This document shows positions 16,753-26,271 of a stretch of DNA of 62,572 nt, piece after piece. This DNA is from a virus. The notes beneath the pieces are model-generated. The model did no database searches, was not told where the DNA came from, and saw nothing but the letters and a program-made list of their open reading frames with translations. The DNA is taken from the IMG/VR virus record IMGVR_UViG_3300033565_000049, positions 1-62,572 of that record, one strand, 5' to 3'. The stretch's first letter is position 1; each line of letters opens with the position of its first letter. Position numbers and translations under genes: made by a program.

Positions 16753-17997
16753 CTATAAAGAATCTAAATGAGAGAGATAGTAAGCGAATACCGAATCGTT
16801 ACCACGCCTGACTTTTTTCCGTTCGAATCCGAGTTGGGTTAATGACCGGCCTATTGCTTCATTGCTAAGGTTTCCGCGATCGTCAGATCGAATCAGTTTT
16901 TTGTCGACCAATATTCCTAAAACTTCCTGTGGCTGCATCCATTTTCCTTCGCCATTCAGCGGAGTATTAAAATACATGCGCACATATTTGGTGGCTGCTG
17001 TTTCAATGCGGTACCGTTCATTGACGATCCGGAATTCGTTCCAGTCTTCCTGATCCCAGGCATAGTCAAAATCCTGATCCAATAAGGTGATAGCTTCGGC
17101 CCATAACTGGTCTTTACAAATTTTTTGGCTATAGTCCTGGTTTATCGATTCGAGTTCGATAACCAATAAACGGCGGTAGCTCATGCCTTGAGTGATAAAC
17201 CCACCTTTGGCCGGTGTTTGGTTGGTGGTAAATGCGCCACTCCCGATGCGAGGCATGTTTTGAGGAAACGGATCTCTGGGTAACAGAATTTCAATTTCAT
17301 CTTCCGACATTACTTTTTTGAATGTCTCGTTGTTGTTTCGACGGTTCAATCCAACCAATTCTTCGAAAAGGATAATCAGCTTTTGTACAAATGCGGTTTC
17401 CATATCGAATTTATTGGGATCGTCTTTGGTGATGATCAGGTAGTACTTCAGAATATCGGGCATCAGGAACTTAAAAAAGTAGGTTTTGCCAATTCCTTCG
17501 TCGTCGTGAACCAGACCCAGAGCCACATCGTTTGGCCGTTTTCCGAGCGCACACGCAACAACGGCAACCATCCATTTTTTGAAATATTTGTACCACCTGA
17601 TTTGATAATAGTCCCGGCCGCGATCGTGGTAATCTTTAATGGTAAAATGAGCTGCCAGAAGATCGATCTCGCTTACTCCTTTCCATTTTCCGCGAAGGCT
17701 TTCGAAATAATCGGTAATTGGGTTGTACGTTTTCATGTAATTGGGCGACCGAAGCAGCTTCTTGAGCAGTGTATCGCTGCACTGGATACCTTCTTCAATC
17801 AGGTGAATGCTTATTTCATTCCAGCTGACTGAATAATCATATTTTCGGGTCTTCGGTCGTATAATTGCACGGTTAGGATTAGGATCGAAGCGGTTGATCA
17901 GAATTTCATAATTCCGTGAAAGAAATTCAATGACCTCGGCAACCTTGTTAATGGATGCTAGCTTCGAGTCTGTTTTGAGTGAGGATATTTTGGCCAT
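16753..17997 (-). CDS. VirE-like P-loop NTPase (primase/helicase-associated replication protein)
   Basis: P-loop HDDEGIGKTYFFKFL. Size and layout are typical of VirE/P4-alpha C-terminal type proteins. Confidence 0.6.
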   Translation of the reverse strand: MAKISSLKTDSKLASINKVAEVIEFLSRNYEILINRFDPNPNRAIIRPKTRKYDYSVSWNEISIHLIEEGIQCSDTLLKKLLRSPNYMKTYNPITDYFESLRGKWKGVSEIDLLAAHFTIKDYHDRGRDYYQIRWYKYFKKWMVAVVACALGKRPNDVALGLVHDDEGIGKTYFFKFLMPDILKYYLIITKDDPNKFDMETAFVQKLIILFEELVGLNRRNNNETFKKVMSEDEIEILLPRDPFPQNMPRIGSGAFTTNQTPAKGGFITQGMSYRRLLVIELESINQDYSQKICKDQLWAEAITLLDQDFDYAWDQEDWNEFRIVNERYRIETAATKYVRMYFNTPLNGEGKWMQPQEVLGILVDKKLIRSDDRGNLSNEAIGRSLTQLGFERKKVRRGNDSVFAYYLSHLDSL

Positions 17998-18039
17998 GGT
18001 GAAAAGAAAAGTGAAGGATAGACTTATTGAAGGATTGAG

Positions 18040-18552
18040 TTATTTATGAAGTTTTCCGCCGCTTAACTCCATTAGAAATTTAAGTACCAGTTCAAGTTCC
18101 GGATTGCGAAAAGCATGTGTCAGATAATCCCTGGGTGTTGAATAATGATAATCATTCAATCGGATGTGTTCTTTGCAGGCTTTTTCGGTCAGGAATGCAT
18201 TATTGTATTTTTCCATTGTTGTAACAGAGTGTTTCTGATAATTTTCTTCCAGAATTTTATCAATATCATAGCTGTCCAAATCGTCAAATTTTTTATTGTC
18301 TGATTTGCTTTCTAAATTCCAATCTTTATATTCAAAAACAGCATTTTTTATGTCATCATCAGTACGGAGGCAAATAGATCCATCACATACCCAAACTTCT
18401 TCACCACAACCTTCAGAAGTTGGAATCTCTATCGTTTCCTGAATTTGAAAAAAGTAAGGCATCGCGGTTGCCCGATGATCCTGTGTATTTAAGTCTTTAG
18501 AAAGCACCATTAGCTGTTCGTACATTTCATCCGATAGTTCTATTGTTTTCAT
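18040..18552 (-). CDS. hypothetical protein
   Basis: Start moved to MKTIELSDE (ATG at 18552) to remove the overlap with the upstream gene. Confidence 0.55.
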   Translation of the reverse strand: MKTIELSDEMYEQLMVLSKDLNTQDHRATAMPYFFQIQETIEIPTSEGCGEEVWVCDGSICLRTDDDIKNAVFEYKDWNLESKSDNKKFDDLDSYDIDKILEENYQKHSVTTMEKYNNAFLTEKACKEHIRLNDYHYSTPRDYLTHAFRNPELELVLKFLMELSGGKLHK

Positions 18553-18562
18553 AAATTTAGTT

Positions 18563-18898
18563 TTACATTGGTAAGTCGTCGTCGTCATCATCTTCAGAAC
18601 CATGATTAACTGGTGCTTTCAAAGCCATCAGTTTCTTTTGCATCACACTAATGTCCCACGAATCAATAGGCTTTGATGTGATCATTTCAGCCATGTGTAA
18701 CATCACTTCTTCGGTTACCGGATTGATCGCATAAATTGCCGAAGGATTGAGAAGCCGTGTAAACTTGGGTTGTTGTGTGGTTTCAGGAACATCCACCCGT
18801 ACAAATGTTGCAACGCCTATGGTTTGTTCCGTTACTTTTCCGGCCATTTTGGTATGACCAAATAATTCAACTACTGCATTCAATTCAAATTTTTCCAT
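18563..18898 (-). CDS. hypothetical replication-module protein with an SSB-like acidic tail (..DDDDDDLPM)
   Basis: 111 aa, immediately downstream of dnaB. Confidence 0.6.
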   Translation of the reverse strand: MEKFELNAVVELFGHTKMAGKVTEQTIGVATFVRVDVPETTQQPKFTRLLNPSAIYAINPVTEEVMLHMAEMITSKPIDSWDISVMQKKLMALKAPVNHGSEDDDDDDLPM

Positions 18899-18912
18899 GA
18901 TTATTGTATTTA

Positions 18913-20337
18913 TTAAAATTTATCTTTTTCCTTTTCATACCGATCATCCAGCTTCGGGATCCAGTTATTCGGAGCGCTGTCGAATATCTGCGAGAAATCG
19001 TTCGATTTTTTACAGGTAATGGTGCGGATATCTCCTTCGCGGTTTTTGGCAATTACCAGGAATACTTCATTCTTCAGCGATACACCAGCTTCGTCAACTA
19101 CATCAGGGTCGTAGTACTCCGGTCGCCATGGGAAAATAACCATGTCGGCATCCTGCTCAATGGCTCCCGATTCGCGAAGATCCGACAGCATGGGGGTTTT
19201 ATCGGCACGGCTTTCAACGCCACGGTTCAACTGTACCAACAGAATGGCGGGTATGTCGAGATCCTTGGCCAGTTTTTTCAATCCGCGGCTGATTTCGGCC
19301 ACTTCGCGCTCTCGGTTTTTGTTGTTATAGCCATTTTCCTGTGGTGTTTCGACCAGCTGCAGGTAATCGATCACAATCATCGAGCATTCGCCACGGCGGG
19401 CTTTATTGCGTGCCACAGCCGAAATATACCGCAACGATGAAGCCGCTGAATCGTCGATGTAAATGGGCAGGTTTTCGAGTTGTCCAAAAGAGCGGTGATA
19501 TGCCGTCCAGTCTTCGGTAGTCATTTTACCCGATTTCAGGTGATCCGAATCAATGCCACCATTCGAGAGGATTAACCGTTGGCTCAGGCGGGTATCTTTC
19601 ATTTCGAGCGAGAAAAAGCACACCGGAAATTTTTCTTTTGCTGCCCATTTGCCAAAATGCAGGGCAAATGCTGTTTTTCCCATTCCGGGACGTGCGCCAA
19701 TAATAATCAGGTCGCTTTTTTGCCATCCGTTGGTAGCACGGTTCAGGTCGGCCAATCCGGTTGGTATTCCTGGCATTTCGCCACGTTCCGCTTTCTTCTG
19801 GCGTTCTTCCACTTCGCGGGTATTGTCTTTCATGACCTCACGAATGTGGCGCATTCCGGTTTTTCCGGCCAGTAAATCATCAATAGCCTGGGTATTCATG
19901 GCATAAGCCAGATCCACTTCGTCGAAATCGTCGTTGTAGGCAATGGTGATTAAATCATTAAAACGGCGGATCATTTCGCGCAGGGCATACTTTTCGTAAA
20001 TAATACGGGCATGATGTTCGATGTGTGCAGCGGCGGCCACCCGCGACGTGAGTTGGGTAATGTACACCGGACCGCCAACCGCTTCCAGTAAATCATCGTT
20101 CTTCAATTGCTGGGTAACGGTTAATAAATCGATGGTTTTACCCGCGGCTACCATGTTCTCAATGGTCCTGAAAATCTTCTGGTGCTCTTCCTTGTAAAAC
20201 ATTTCGCAGGTCAGCAAACCCGATATGTTCGAATACGCATCGCGCTCAAGCATACAGGCGCCCATTACCGCTTCTTCAACATCAATGGCCTGTGGCGGAA
20301 TCTTTCCGTACTGGGCATTGATCTGGTCGATGGTCAT
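18913..20337 (-). CDS. dnaB: replicative DNA helicase DnaB
   Basis: N-terminal DnaB-type PPQAIDVEEAVMGACML and Walker A GARPGMGKTAFAL. Start set at MTIDQINAQ, adjacent to the upstream stop. Confidence 0.9.
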   Translation of the reverse strand: MTIDQINAQYGKIPPQAIDVEEAVMGACMLERDAYSNISGLLTCEMFYKEEHQKIFRTIENMVAAGKTIDLLTVTQQLKNDDLLEAVGGPVYITQLTSRVAAAAHIEHHARIIYEKYALREMIRRFNDLITIAYNDDFDEVDLAYAMNTQAIDDLLAGKTGMRHIREVMKDNTREVEERQKKAERGEMPGIPTGLADLNRATNGWQKSDLIIIGARPGMGKTAFALHFGKWAAKEKFPVCFFSLEMKDTRLSQRLILSNGGIDSDHLKSGKMTTEDWTAYHRSFGQLENLPIYIDDSAASSLRYISAVARNKARRGECSMIVIDYLQLVETPQENGYNNKNREREVAEISRGLKKLAKDLDIPAILLVQLNRGVESRADKTPMLSDLRESGAIEQDADMVIFPWRPEYYDPDVVDEAGVSLKNEVFLVIAKNREGDIRTITCKKSNDFSQIFDSAPNNWIPKLDDRYEKEKDKF

Positions 20338-20338
20338 T

Positions 20339-20824
20339 CTATTTCGGTCGTTTGACGATTGTTGGTTTTTTCTCTTCTGGTCCATTATTAAGTAGATTAT
20401 TGGTTTCTAAGTCTTCGTCTTTTATCGGATATAAATTGGCCCAACGGAGAGCCATGGCATGATTGAGCATTTTTACCGCTTTAGTCGGATTATTGTCGCT
20501 TAATTCTTTCAACTTTTTAAGCGCCATTACCTCCGCCCGACTTCGGATCCATACCCCGTGTTGTTCCTGAAGGTAATCCTTCCAGAATTTCCAGGTCGAA
20601 AGGAACTCCGGATCGTTCCACGGTTCTTTCACCTCGATGGCCTTCATGGGCGAAATAAAACCGTCGAAATTGTTGAACGACTTTTTGAATTTCTCCCATG
20701 TTTTCTTGACCTTATTTTCGGCCTTAAAAAAGGTTGGCGACTGCGGAAGTATCTCGATCAGCTCCTGCATGGCCTCCTGTAAATTGCGGACATCGATGCC
20801 CATTTGATCCCATTCTTCGCGCAT
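20339..20824 (-). CDS. hypothetical protein (upstream of dnaB; helicase-loader role is possible but unsupported)
   Basis: 161-aa ORF preceded by the start-associated motif. Confidence 0.55.
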   Translation of the reverse strand: MREEWDQMGIDVRNLQEAMQELIEILPQSPTFFKAENKVKKTWEKFKKSFNNFDGFISPMKAIEVKEPWNDPEFLSTWKFWKDYLQEQHGVWIRSRAEVMALKKLKELSDNNPTKAVKMLNHAMALRWANLYPIKDEDLETNNLLNNGPEEKKPTIVKRPK

Positions 20825-20848
20825 AGTGTTGTGAGTTGAAGGATTGAA

Positions 20849-21088
20849 TTACTGCTCTGTTGATTCTGGTTCTGTTGTGGCTTTATCTGATATCTCGGTG
20901 AGGCCTTCCATGAATTCATTCAGTTTACCGTAAAGTGTTTCGAGTACTTCTGAAGCCTTATTGACATCATCGGTAATTACTTTTTCGGCTTCCTGAATCA
21001 GTTTTCGCTCTCTCCGGATCACAAAAACTGAAAGTATGATGATAGCTGTAAGTATGCCGTAAATTGATAGCATGATTATTTCTTGCAT
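20849..21088 (-). CDS. small membrane protein
   Basis: 79 aa with the N-terminal TM segment LSIYGILTAIIILSVFVI. Confidence 0.5.
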   Translation of the reverse strand: MQEIIMLSIYGILTAIIILSVFVIRRERKLIQEAEKVITDDVNKASEVLETLYGKLNEFMEGLTEISDKATTEPESTEQ

Positions 21089-21348
21089 TGGTTTTGATTT
21101 TTGGGTTTTGAATGTTTTTTCTGGTAGTTATCGAATTCGACTTGCAAACCGTGAATAAATTCCGATTCGCGGCCTTTGTAGTCTTCGGGGTAAATGCCCA
21201 TTGTGAAGCCTTGCACAATTAAGTCAGCGCCTTTCAACTCATTTTGGTTAATGAATTCAATGGCTTCGGTAATCATTTCGTGCAGCGAGAAGTTACTCCG
21301 AGGTACAAGCTCAACATACTGGTCGCTTTTTAATTTCAGGAAGTTCAT
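21076..21348 (-). CDS. hypothetical protein
   Basis: 90-aa ORF. Confidence 0.5.
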   Translation of the reverse strand: MNFLKLKSDQYVELVPRSNFSLHEMITEAIEFINQNELKGADLIVQGFTMGIYPEDYKGRESEFIHGLQVEFDNYQKKHSKPKNQNQCKK

Positions 21349-21358
21349 AGGAATTCAC

Positions 21359-22438
21359 TTAGATGTTAATTTTGGCTGCTGAGCCTGTCGAAGCAGGCCA
21401 GTTATGGTGTTGTTCGCCATAGAGAAGATTTCCGGCAGCTTTGCGGCCAACCTTAAAAGTTTCAGTATTGCTTAACACTTCGCATTTTGCTTTACTTATC
21501 AATTTAGATCCATCCCTGAAGGTAAATTCTCTGGTAGCGTAATGTTTATCGATAACTTTCATGTGTATTAACTCTGAACCATCGAACGGTAACCATTCGC
21601 CCCATTGCTTAAAAAAGAAAGGCACATCATCAACTTGGCATTGGTCACGCACTGAGCGAACCCAATCGGAATGCATTGGCCGGGCTTTGGGACCTGATTC
21701 ACCACCGCAGATTACCCAGTCAAGTTTTGATCCTTCGAACTTTTCACCAGTTTTAAATTGATACCCAATTACATTTGGCCAATCTGTTATTGAACTGATA
21801 TTTGTTAAATCAACCGGTCCTAACATCGGCTCGATGCTTACGAATCGCTTTGCTGCAGGAATCTGGAGCAGGATGGGGATACGCTTATTGGCTTGCTCCT
21901 GGTTCTCGGCGGTAACCCCGATCCAAACGTTTGGAGGGAAAGGTAATCCCCAGCCAACACGTTTCATTAAAGGAATTACATTCTCAGGTCGTTTGGTCAG
22001 GACAATAAAAATGTGTTGATCGTTTGAATGCATCACATCATATATCTTCTCGATGGTTTCAAATGAAACTGATTCATGGAAAAGATCGCCCATCGAGCAC
22101 ACAAAAACCATTCTCGGTGCTTTCCAAACAAGCGGCCAATTCCACTGATTAAGGCAAACATTTGTAGTGCCATTCCATTTGCTATCAGTAATTACCGGCG
22201 AATAATTGTCTTTCGTTGCCTGAATTCCAGTTAAACGGTTGGCCATCCGTTCGGCATAGCAGTTATCGCATCCGGGAGATACTTTCGTGCAGCCAATAAT
22301 TGGGTTCCATGTTTCGGGCTTGTAACCTGGCATATTGAGCCAGCCAATGGGGTGCTGTTTGCCGCGTTGTCCGGCTTCGAGGGGTTGATCGGTGAGCTTG
22401 TCGAACCGGTCGTGGTTATGTTCTTTTGTTGCTGACAT
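21359..22438 (-). CDS. Gp37/Gp68-family (DUF5131) protein
   Basis: Signature WNPIIGCTKVSPGCDNCYAERMANRL. Confidence 0.75.
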   Translation of the reverse strand: MSATKEHNHDRFDKLTDQPLEAGQRGKQHPIGWLNMPGYKPETWNPIIGCTKVSPGCDNCYAERMANRLTGIQATKDNYSPVITDSKWNGTTNVCLNQWNWPLVWKAPRMVFVCSMGDLFHESVSFETIEKIYDVMHSNDQHIFIVLTKRPENVIPLMKRVGWGLPFPPNVWIGVTAENQEQANKRIPILLQIPAAKRFVSIEPMLGPVDLTNISSITDWPNVIGYQFKTGEKFEGSKLDWVICGGESGPKARPMHSDWVRSVRDQCQVDDVPFFFKQWGEWLPFDGSELIHMKVIDKHYATREFTFRDGSKLISKAKCEVLSNTETFKVGRKAAGNLLYGEQHHNWPASTGSAAKINI

Positions 22439-22450
22439 GATTAAAATGAT

Positions 22451-22822
22451 TTACTTGTTAAACTCAGCCATTTCGGCATCTGATAGTTTTTGAATCTTGG
22501 CGATGTAGTTTTTAATTCCCTGAACTGTATTTCTATTTCGGGGCTCATCGTAACGGTTTCGTAAATTCGGATCAAGCTGGTGGTTATAACCTTCACGGAT
22601 GGCATATCGGTATAAAATGAGTAAATCAGCCGTTAAGAGGTGACGTTCGTCTTTAACTTTATCCGATTTTTCAAGAGCAATAGTCATATACCAGTCGTAG
22701 TCATGCTGTTTAAAAACCTGTAATTCGGGTTTAGAGAATTGCTTAAAGGTGATTGTTTCTTCCTTCGAGTACTGTTCTTCGCTCTCGCATTTATATACAT
22801 CGTTTTCTTTGATTAAAACCAT
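22451..22822 (-). CDS. hypothetical protein
   Basis: Start moved to MVLIKEND (ATG at 22822), 4 nt after the upstream stop. Confidence 0.55.
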   Translation of the reverse strand: MVLIKENDVYKCESEEQYSKEETITFKQFSKPELQVFKQHDYDWYMTIALEKSDKVKDERHLLTADLLILYRYAIREGYNHQLDPNLRNRYDEPRNRNTVQGIKNYIAKIQKLSDAEMAEFNK

Positions 22823-22826
22823 GATT

Positions 22827-23402
22827 TTAAACTTGAAGGGTTGATTGAAGTGTGGCGATTGACTTTTGCAGTTCGGCATGGTAAACCAGATATGCTTTTT
22901 CAGGATCGTGGTACAGAAGTGGGTATTCGCTGCCTTTGAAAAAGCAGTTGTATTCAATTTCCTGCGCTTTGAGGTCGTATTTTTTAAGCAGCTTCAGTAA
23001 ATATACTTTCAGGCCAAAACGCTCGAAAATAACCTTCAATATGCGGTCTTCCACCTCGCAATAATAGGGCAGGTGTACTTTCAGCGGTTTAAGCATGTTG
23101 CCAATGTAAGCTTCGGCGGCATCGTGCAACAGTGCAGCCAACTCAATGCCAGGCGAAACGTGAACGGTATTCTTTATAAGCAGGTAACGAACCAACAGCG
23201 AGTGTTCGGCCACCGAGAAAAACCGTGGCGACATACCGCCAAAATGCGGTTTATAGGCTAATCCTTTGGCGATGTCTTCAATGTCAACCATATCGACGGT
23301 TGGTTCTAAAAGATTGAATTTTTTGCCCGAAATGGTATTGATACATCCGTCGAGCTGACGGAGCGGAATTAAGTCTTCAGTTGTTGATTTTTGATTTTGC
23401 AT
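22827..23402 (-). CDS. HD-domain phosphohydrolase (YfbR-like nucleotidase family)
   Basis: SVAEHSLLV plus AALLHDAAEAYIGNM (H...HD...D pattern). Confidence 0.7.
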   Translation of the reverse strand: MQNQKSTTEDLIPLRQLDGCINTISGKKFNLLEPTVDMVDIEDIAKGLAYKPHFGGMSPRFFSVAEHSLLVRYLLIKNTVHVSPGIELAALLHDAAEAYIGNMLKPLKVHLPYYCEVEDRILKVIFERFGLKVYLLKLLKKYDLKAQEIEYNCFFKGSEYPLLYHDPEKAYLVYHAELQKSIATLQSTLQV

Positions 23403-23444
23403 GGAGATTTATTTATTGAAGGATTGAATTATTGATGGTTTGAT

Positions 23445-23771
23445 TTAGATAAAAAAGTGAATTGCATAGCCTATACCTAACATGATAGCACCATTCGCTA
23501 TCGCCGCTGGAATGGCTTTCAAAGCTCTCTTCCAAAAATTTGATTTTTCCCAGAAATTAACGCGGCTTTTACGTGTATTTACTGAAGGAGTCAACCATTT
23601 AATAAATACGAATAGACTGAGTGCTTGAGCAATAGTTAATGGGGAAGTATGAAACGTTGGGACAATAAACCATGCCCATAAACGCATAAATACATAAATG
23701 TTTATTGGTACTGCGACTAATATAAGAGCCGCTATAATCAATACTTTTTGATAGATTTTGTATGTTTTCAT
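23445..23771 (-). CDS. membrane protein (3 TM)
   Basis: 108 aa, strongly hydrophobic. Confidence 0.55.
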   Translation of the reverse strand: MKTYKIYQKVLIIAALILVAVPINIYVFMRLWAWFIVPTFHTSPLTIAQALSLFVFIKWLTPSVNTRKSRVNFWEKSNFWKRALKAIPAAIANGAIMLGIGYAIHFFI

Positions 23772-23860
23772 TTCGATTATTATTTAGGATTGAATTACAT
23801 GCTTTCGCGGCAAAGACCTTTACAGTCGTATTTGCATACTTCATTGGTCTTGTAGCACAT

Positions 23861-24604
23861 CTATGGTTTTCCGGTAGTGGAGAGTGTTTTGAACTTGACG
23901 ACCCAAACCCAAGGGTTGATAGTCACCGACAGAGGCTTTCCGCGGTAAATACCATCATATTTTGCCCAGTTCTTATCGAAATCATCCTGATCCCAAGCGA
24001 TGGCCGTATAAGACAAAATAGTTCCGTAGTTTGCTCTTTCGCGATTGGGACTTGGTTTTGCATTTATCGAAAGAAAAAGAGATTTGAATGATTGTACAGG
24101 ATTAGAACAATATCTTTCATTTACTAAATAGTCTTTCCATGCTGTAAGACTAAGGTTTTTAATTCCTTCAGAAATTGCATCTAGTGCAGAAATTTTATTC
24201 AATCGTTCGACCTTTATTTCTTCAACCTGTAACCAGATACGTGCTGTTGCTTTAGGCATGTGGATGGAAGGTTTCCACTTTCCTTGCCAAATAATAGGAT
24301 CTGCTTTAAATATATTTTGATGTTGACCTGATTCACGGAGAATATTCTGAAAACTTTCTCTCACCCAAAGCAAATCACCCTGTTTTCCGTACGGACATTT
24401 TACTGAACCTGGTTCGTCGGCTAATTTGTGTTGAAAAATGGCACGGTAACTTCCGTCTTTATATTCCTGAAATCGGACGAATTCTACTGAATCCGGGTCT
24501 TCATTTATTTTTTCTAATCCTCGGGTGCGCCTTGTATTTGTTTTTCGGTCATCCAAATTGGCCTGAACCATTGGGGTACTGAATAAAATTGGTTTTTCTT
24601 GCAT
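23861..24604 (-). CDS. ASCH/PUA-like domain protein
   Basis: N-terminal KPILFSTPMVQANLDDRKTNTRR pattern. Start set at MQEKPILF (24604). Confidence 0.45.
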   Translation of the reverse strand: MQEKPILFSTPMVQANLDDRKTNTRRTRGLEKINEDPDSVEFVRFQEYKDGSYRAIFQHKLADEPGSVKCPYGKQGDLLWVRESFQNILRESGQHQNIFKADPIIWQGKWKPSIHMPKATARIWLQVEEIKVERLNKISALDAISEGIKNLSLTAWKDYLVNERYCSNPVQSFKSLFLSINAKPSPNRERANYGTILSYTAIAWDQDDFDKNWAKYDGIYRGKPLSVTINPWVWVVKFKTLSTTGKP

Positions 24605-24608
24605 GATA

Positions 24609-24890
24609 TTATTGGTTTGATTCTGTTTGACTTGTTCGTCCACCTTTTTTCAAAGGTTCGTTATTGGGCTTTTGTGCCAGGCGTTCAATACACCTGTTTT
24701 TTTGCTCAACCGTAGTGAAAAAATAAGTGCATTTCATCTTTGGATCATGAAGTTTTAAAGGCATTTTCGAAACATCGGGGCTTTTAATGTGCTTATGCTT
24801 CAGCACTTCGCGATCGTGTGCCGGCTTTATGCGGTTAATACCTGGTATCAGTGTGGCCGGTAATGCTTTTGATGGTTTTTTGTTGCTCAC
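24609..24890 (-). CDS. hypothetical basic protein (GTG start)
   Basis: 93-aa ORF; the codon at 24888-24890 is GTG. Confidence 0.5.
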   Translation of the reverse strand: MSNKKPSKALPATLIPGINRIKPAHDREVLKHKHIKSPDVSKMPLKLHDPKMKCTYFFTTVEQKNRCIERLAQKPNNEPLKKGGRTSQTESNQ

Positions 24891-24999
24891 AATAAATTAG
24901 TTTCAAGTTTCAAATTCAAAGTTTCAAGTTGTTTTTAACCACATAGGCCCATAGGTCACATAGAAATAAAACCTATTGTGTTCTATGTGTCTATGTGGT
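24891..24999. promoter_or_regulatory. repeat-rich intergenic control region
   Basis: GTTTCAAG appears 3 times (24900-24930). Nested inverted repeats ACCACATAGG..CACATAG..CTATGTG..CTATGTGGT at 24939-24990. Confidence 0.45.
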
Positions 25000-25212
25000 T
25001 CATTCTTCTGTTTTTCCTCTCAGTACAGCTTTGTCGATCTTCTTCATATTCCAGTCGAGTTTCAGCATTTTAGCCAGGTTCAGGTATCTTCGGTAACAGT
25101 CGGGGCAGCAATTATCGGTGTTCATTCCGGCCGCATCTTCAAACTGTATGTAGATACCACCTCCGTGGCACAGCGCTTTACCATGCTGATAAATATGAAG
25201 TTTCCCGAGCAT
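25000..25212 (-). CDS. small Cys/His-containing protein
   Basis: 70 aa; strand chosen by context over the overlapping + ORF. Confidence 0.4.
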   Translation of the reverse strand: MLGKLHIYQHGKALCHGGGIYIQFEDAAGMNTDNCCPDCYRRYLNLAKMLKLDWNMKKIDKAVLRGKTEE

Positions 25213-25214
25213 GA

Positions 25215-25319
25215 TTAGGAGATTAATAATAGTATTGCCAGTAAAATCAGGTTTAATACTATTGCTCCAACAAACAGAGTGGAGAAGATTAATTTTCGTT
25301 GATTGATTGGCTGTTCCAT
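25215..25319 (-). CDS. 34-aa single-TM peptide (below the ORF-track cutoff)
   Basis: Hand-translated as MEQPINQRKLIFSTLFVGAIVLNLILLAILLLIS; fills the gap between genes exactly. Confidence 0.3.
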   Translation of the reverse strand: MEQPINQRKLIFSTLFVGAIVLNLILLAILLLIS

Positions 25320-25323
25320 TTTA

Positions 25324-25722
25324 CTACTGTAAAAAATTGAATGGCCAACGGCTATGTGGCCGGTCGGCAAAATTGATGCAGGCTCGCCAGTCGACCATGC
25401 GATATGGCTTGCATTTATCGTACATAAATTTGCGTTGGGCTATGTTATTACGGTGCTTGCGAACCTTGTATTTCGTTTGTGCCACTTTGGTTGCAATGCT
25501 GTGGCTGCGATGCACCATAACTCGTTCAGTATTGCAACTGCATCCGATTAAAATGAAAAGGATGAAAATGGCAATGGGGTATAAATTGGTTGATAAGATT
25601 TTGGCGACATAAAATCCGCATTCGGGACACACTTCTCCATGGAGGTGTTGATCGTATTCAATTCCGCATTGTTCGCAGAAATGCCAAGTTTCGTGATTTG
25701 GTAATTGTGTTGAATATTTCAT
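25324..25722 (-). CDS. zinc-ribbon plus TM protein
   Basis: CEQCG...CPECG followed by the hydrophobic stretch IAIFILFILIGC. Confidence 0.5.
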   Translation of the reverse strand: MKYSTQLPNHETWHFCEQCGIEYDQHLHGEVCPECGFYVAKILSTNLYPIAIFILFILIGCSCNTERVMVHRSHSIATKVAQTKYKVRKHRNNIAQRKFMYDKCKPYRMVDWRACINFADRPHSRWPFNFLQ

Positions 25723-25725
25723 GGT

Positions 25726-26040
25726 TTAGCTGTTAATCAATTGTTTAGTTTCTTGATGTGTTTTACTGTCCTTATCGAGATATTCGAAGTGAACCATTAG
25801 CGCCTTAAATCCATTGTAACTCGATGTTGGAATCAGGTAACGAATTTCGGTGCGATGGTTAATCCAGAACCTGGCCATGCGTTCGTTCGTTTCGTATTTG
25901 TTTTCCTCAATAAGCGGCTGAATTCTGTTCCGGCATTCGTTCACCACATTTTGGTCGGTGCGATCGTATCCTTTGCCTTTAATTTTTTTCTGAATCAGAA
26001 TCAGACCTTCAATGAATTTTCTGGCTTCGATGGCAAACAT
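25726..26040 (-). CDS. hypothetical protein
   Basis: 104-aa ORF. Confidence 0.55.
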   Translation of the reverse strand: MFAIEARKFIEGLILIQKKIKGKGYDRTDQNVVNECRNRIQPLIEENKYETNERMARFWINHRTEIRYLIPTSSYNGFKALMVHFEYLDKDSKTHQETKQLINS

Positions 26041-26052
26041 GACGGTATGGAT

Positions 26053-26271
26053 TTATGAATTGCGTTTTAAAAGCTCATCGATCAATTGATCACCCTTTTT
26101 TGCAGAAATGATTTGCATCATCTTAATTTCGTTGGCTGCATTCAGAATTTGCTGTAAGAGTTCAGGATCATCCATTGCTTCTTCGGCCAGTGTATCGCCA
26201 AAGTGTTTCATTTCGCCGGTGTAGTTAATCGTGCGGCACGATCCAACTTTGATGTTAATTATGCTGCTCAT
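26053..26271 (-). CDS. hypothetical protein
   Basis: 72-aa ORF. Confidence 0.5.
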   Translation of the reverse strand: MSSIINIKVGSCRTINYTGEMKHFGDTLAEEAMDDPELLQQILNAANEIKMMQIISAKKGDQLIDELLKRNS

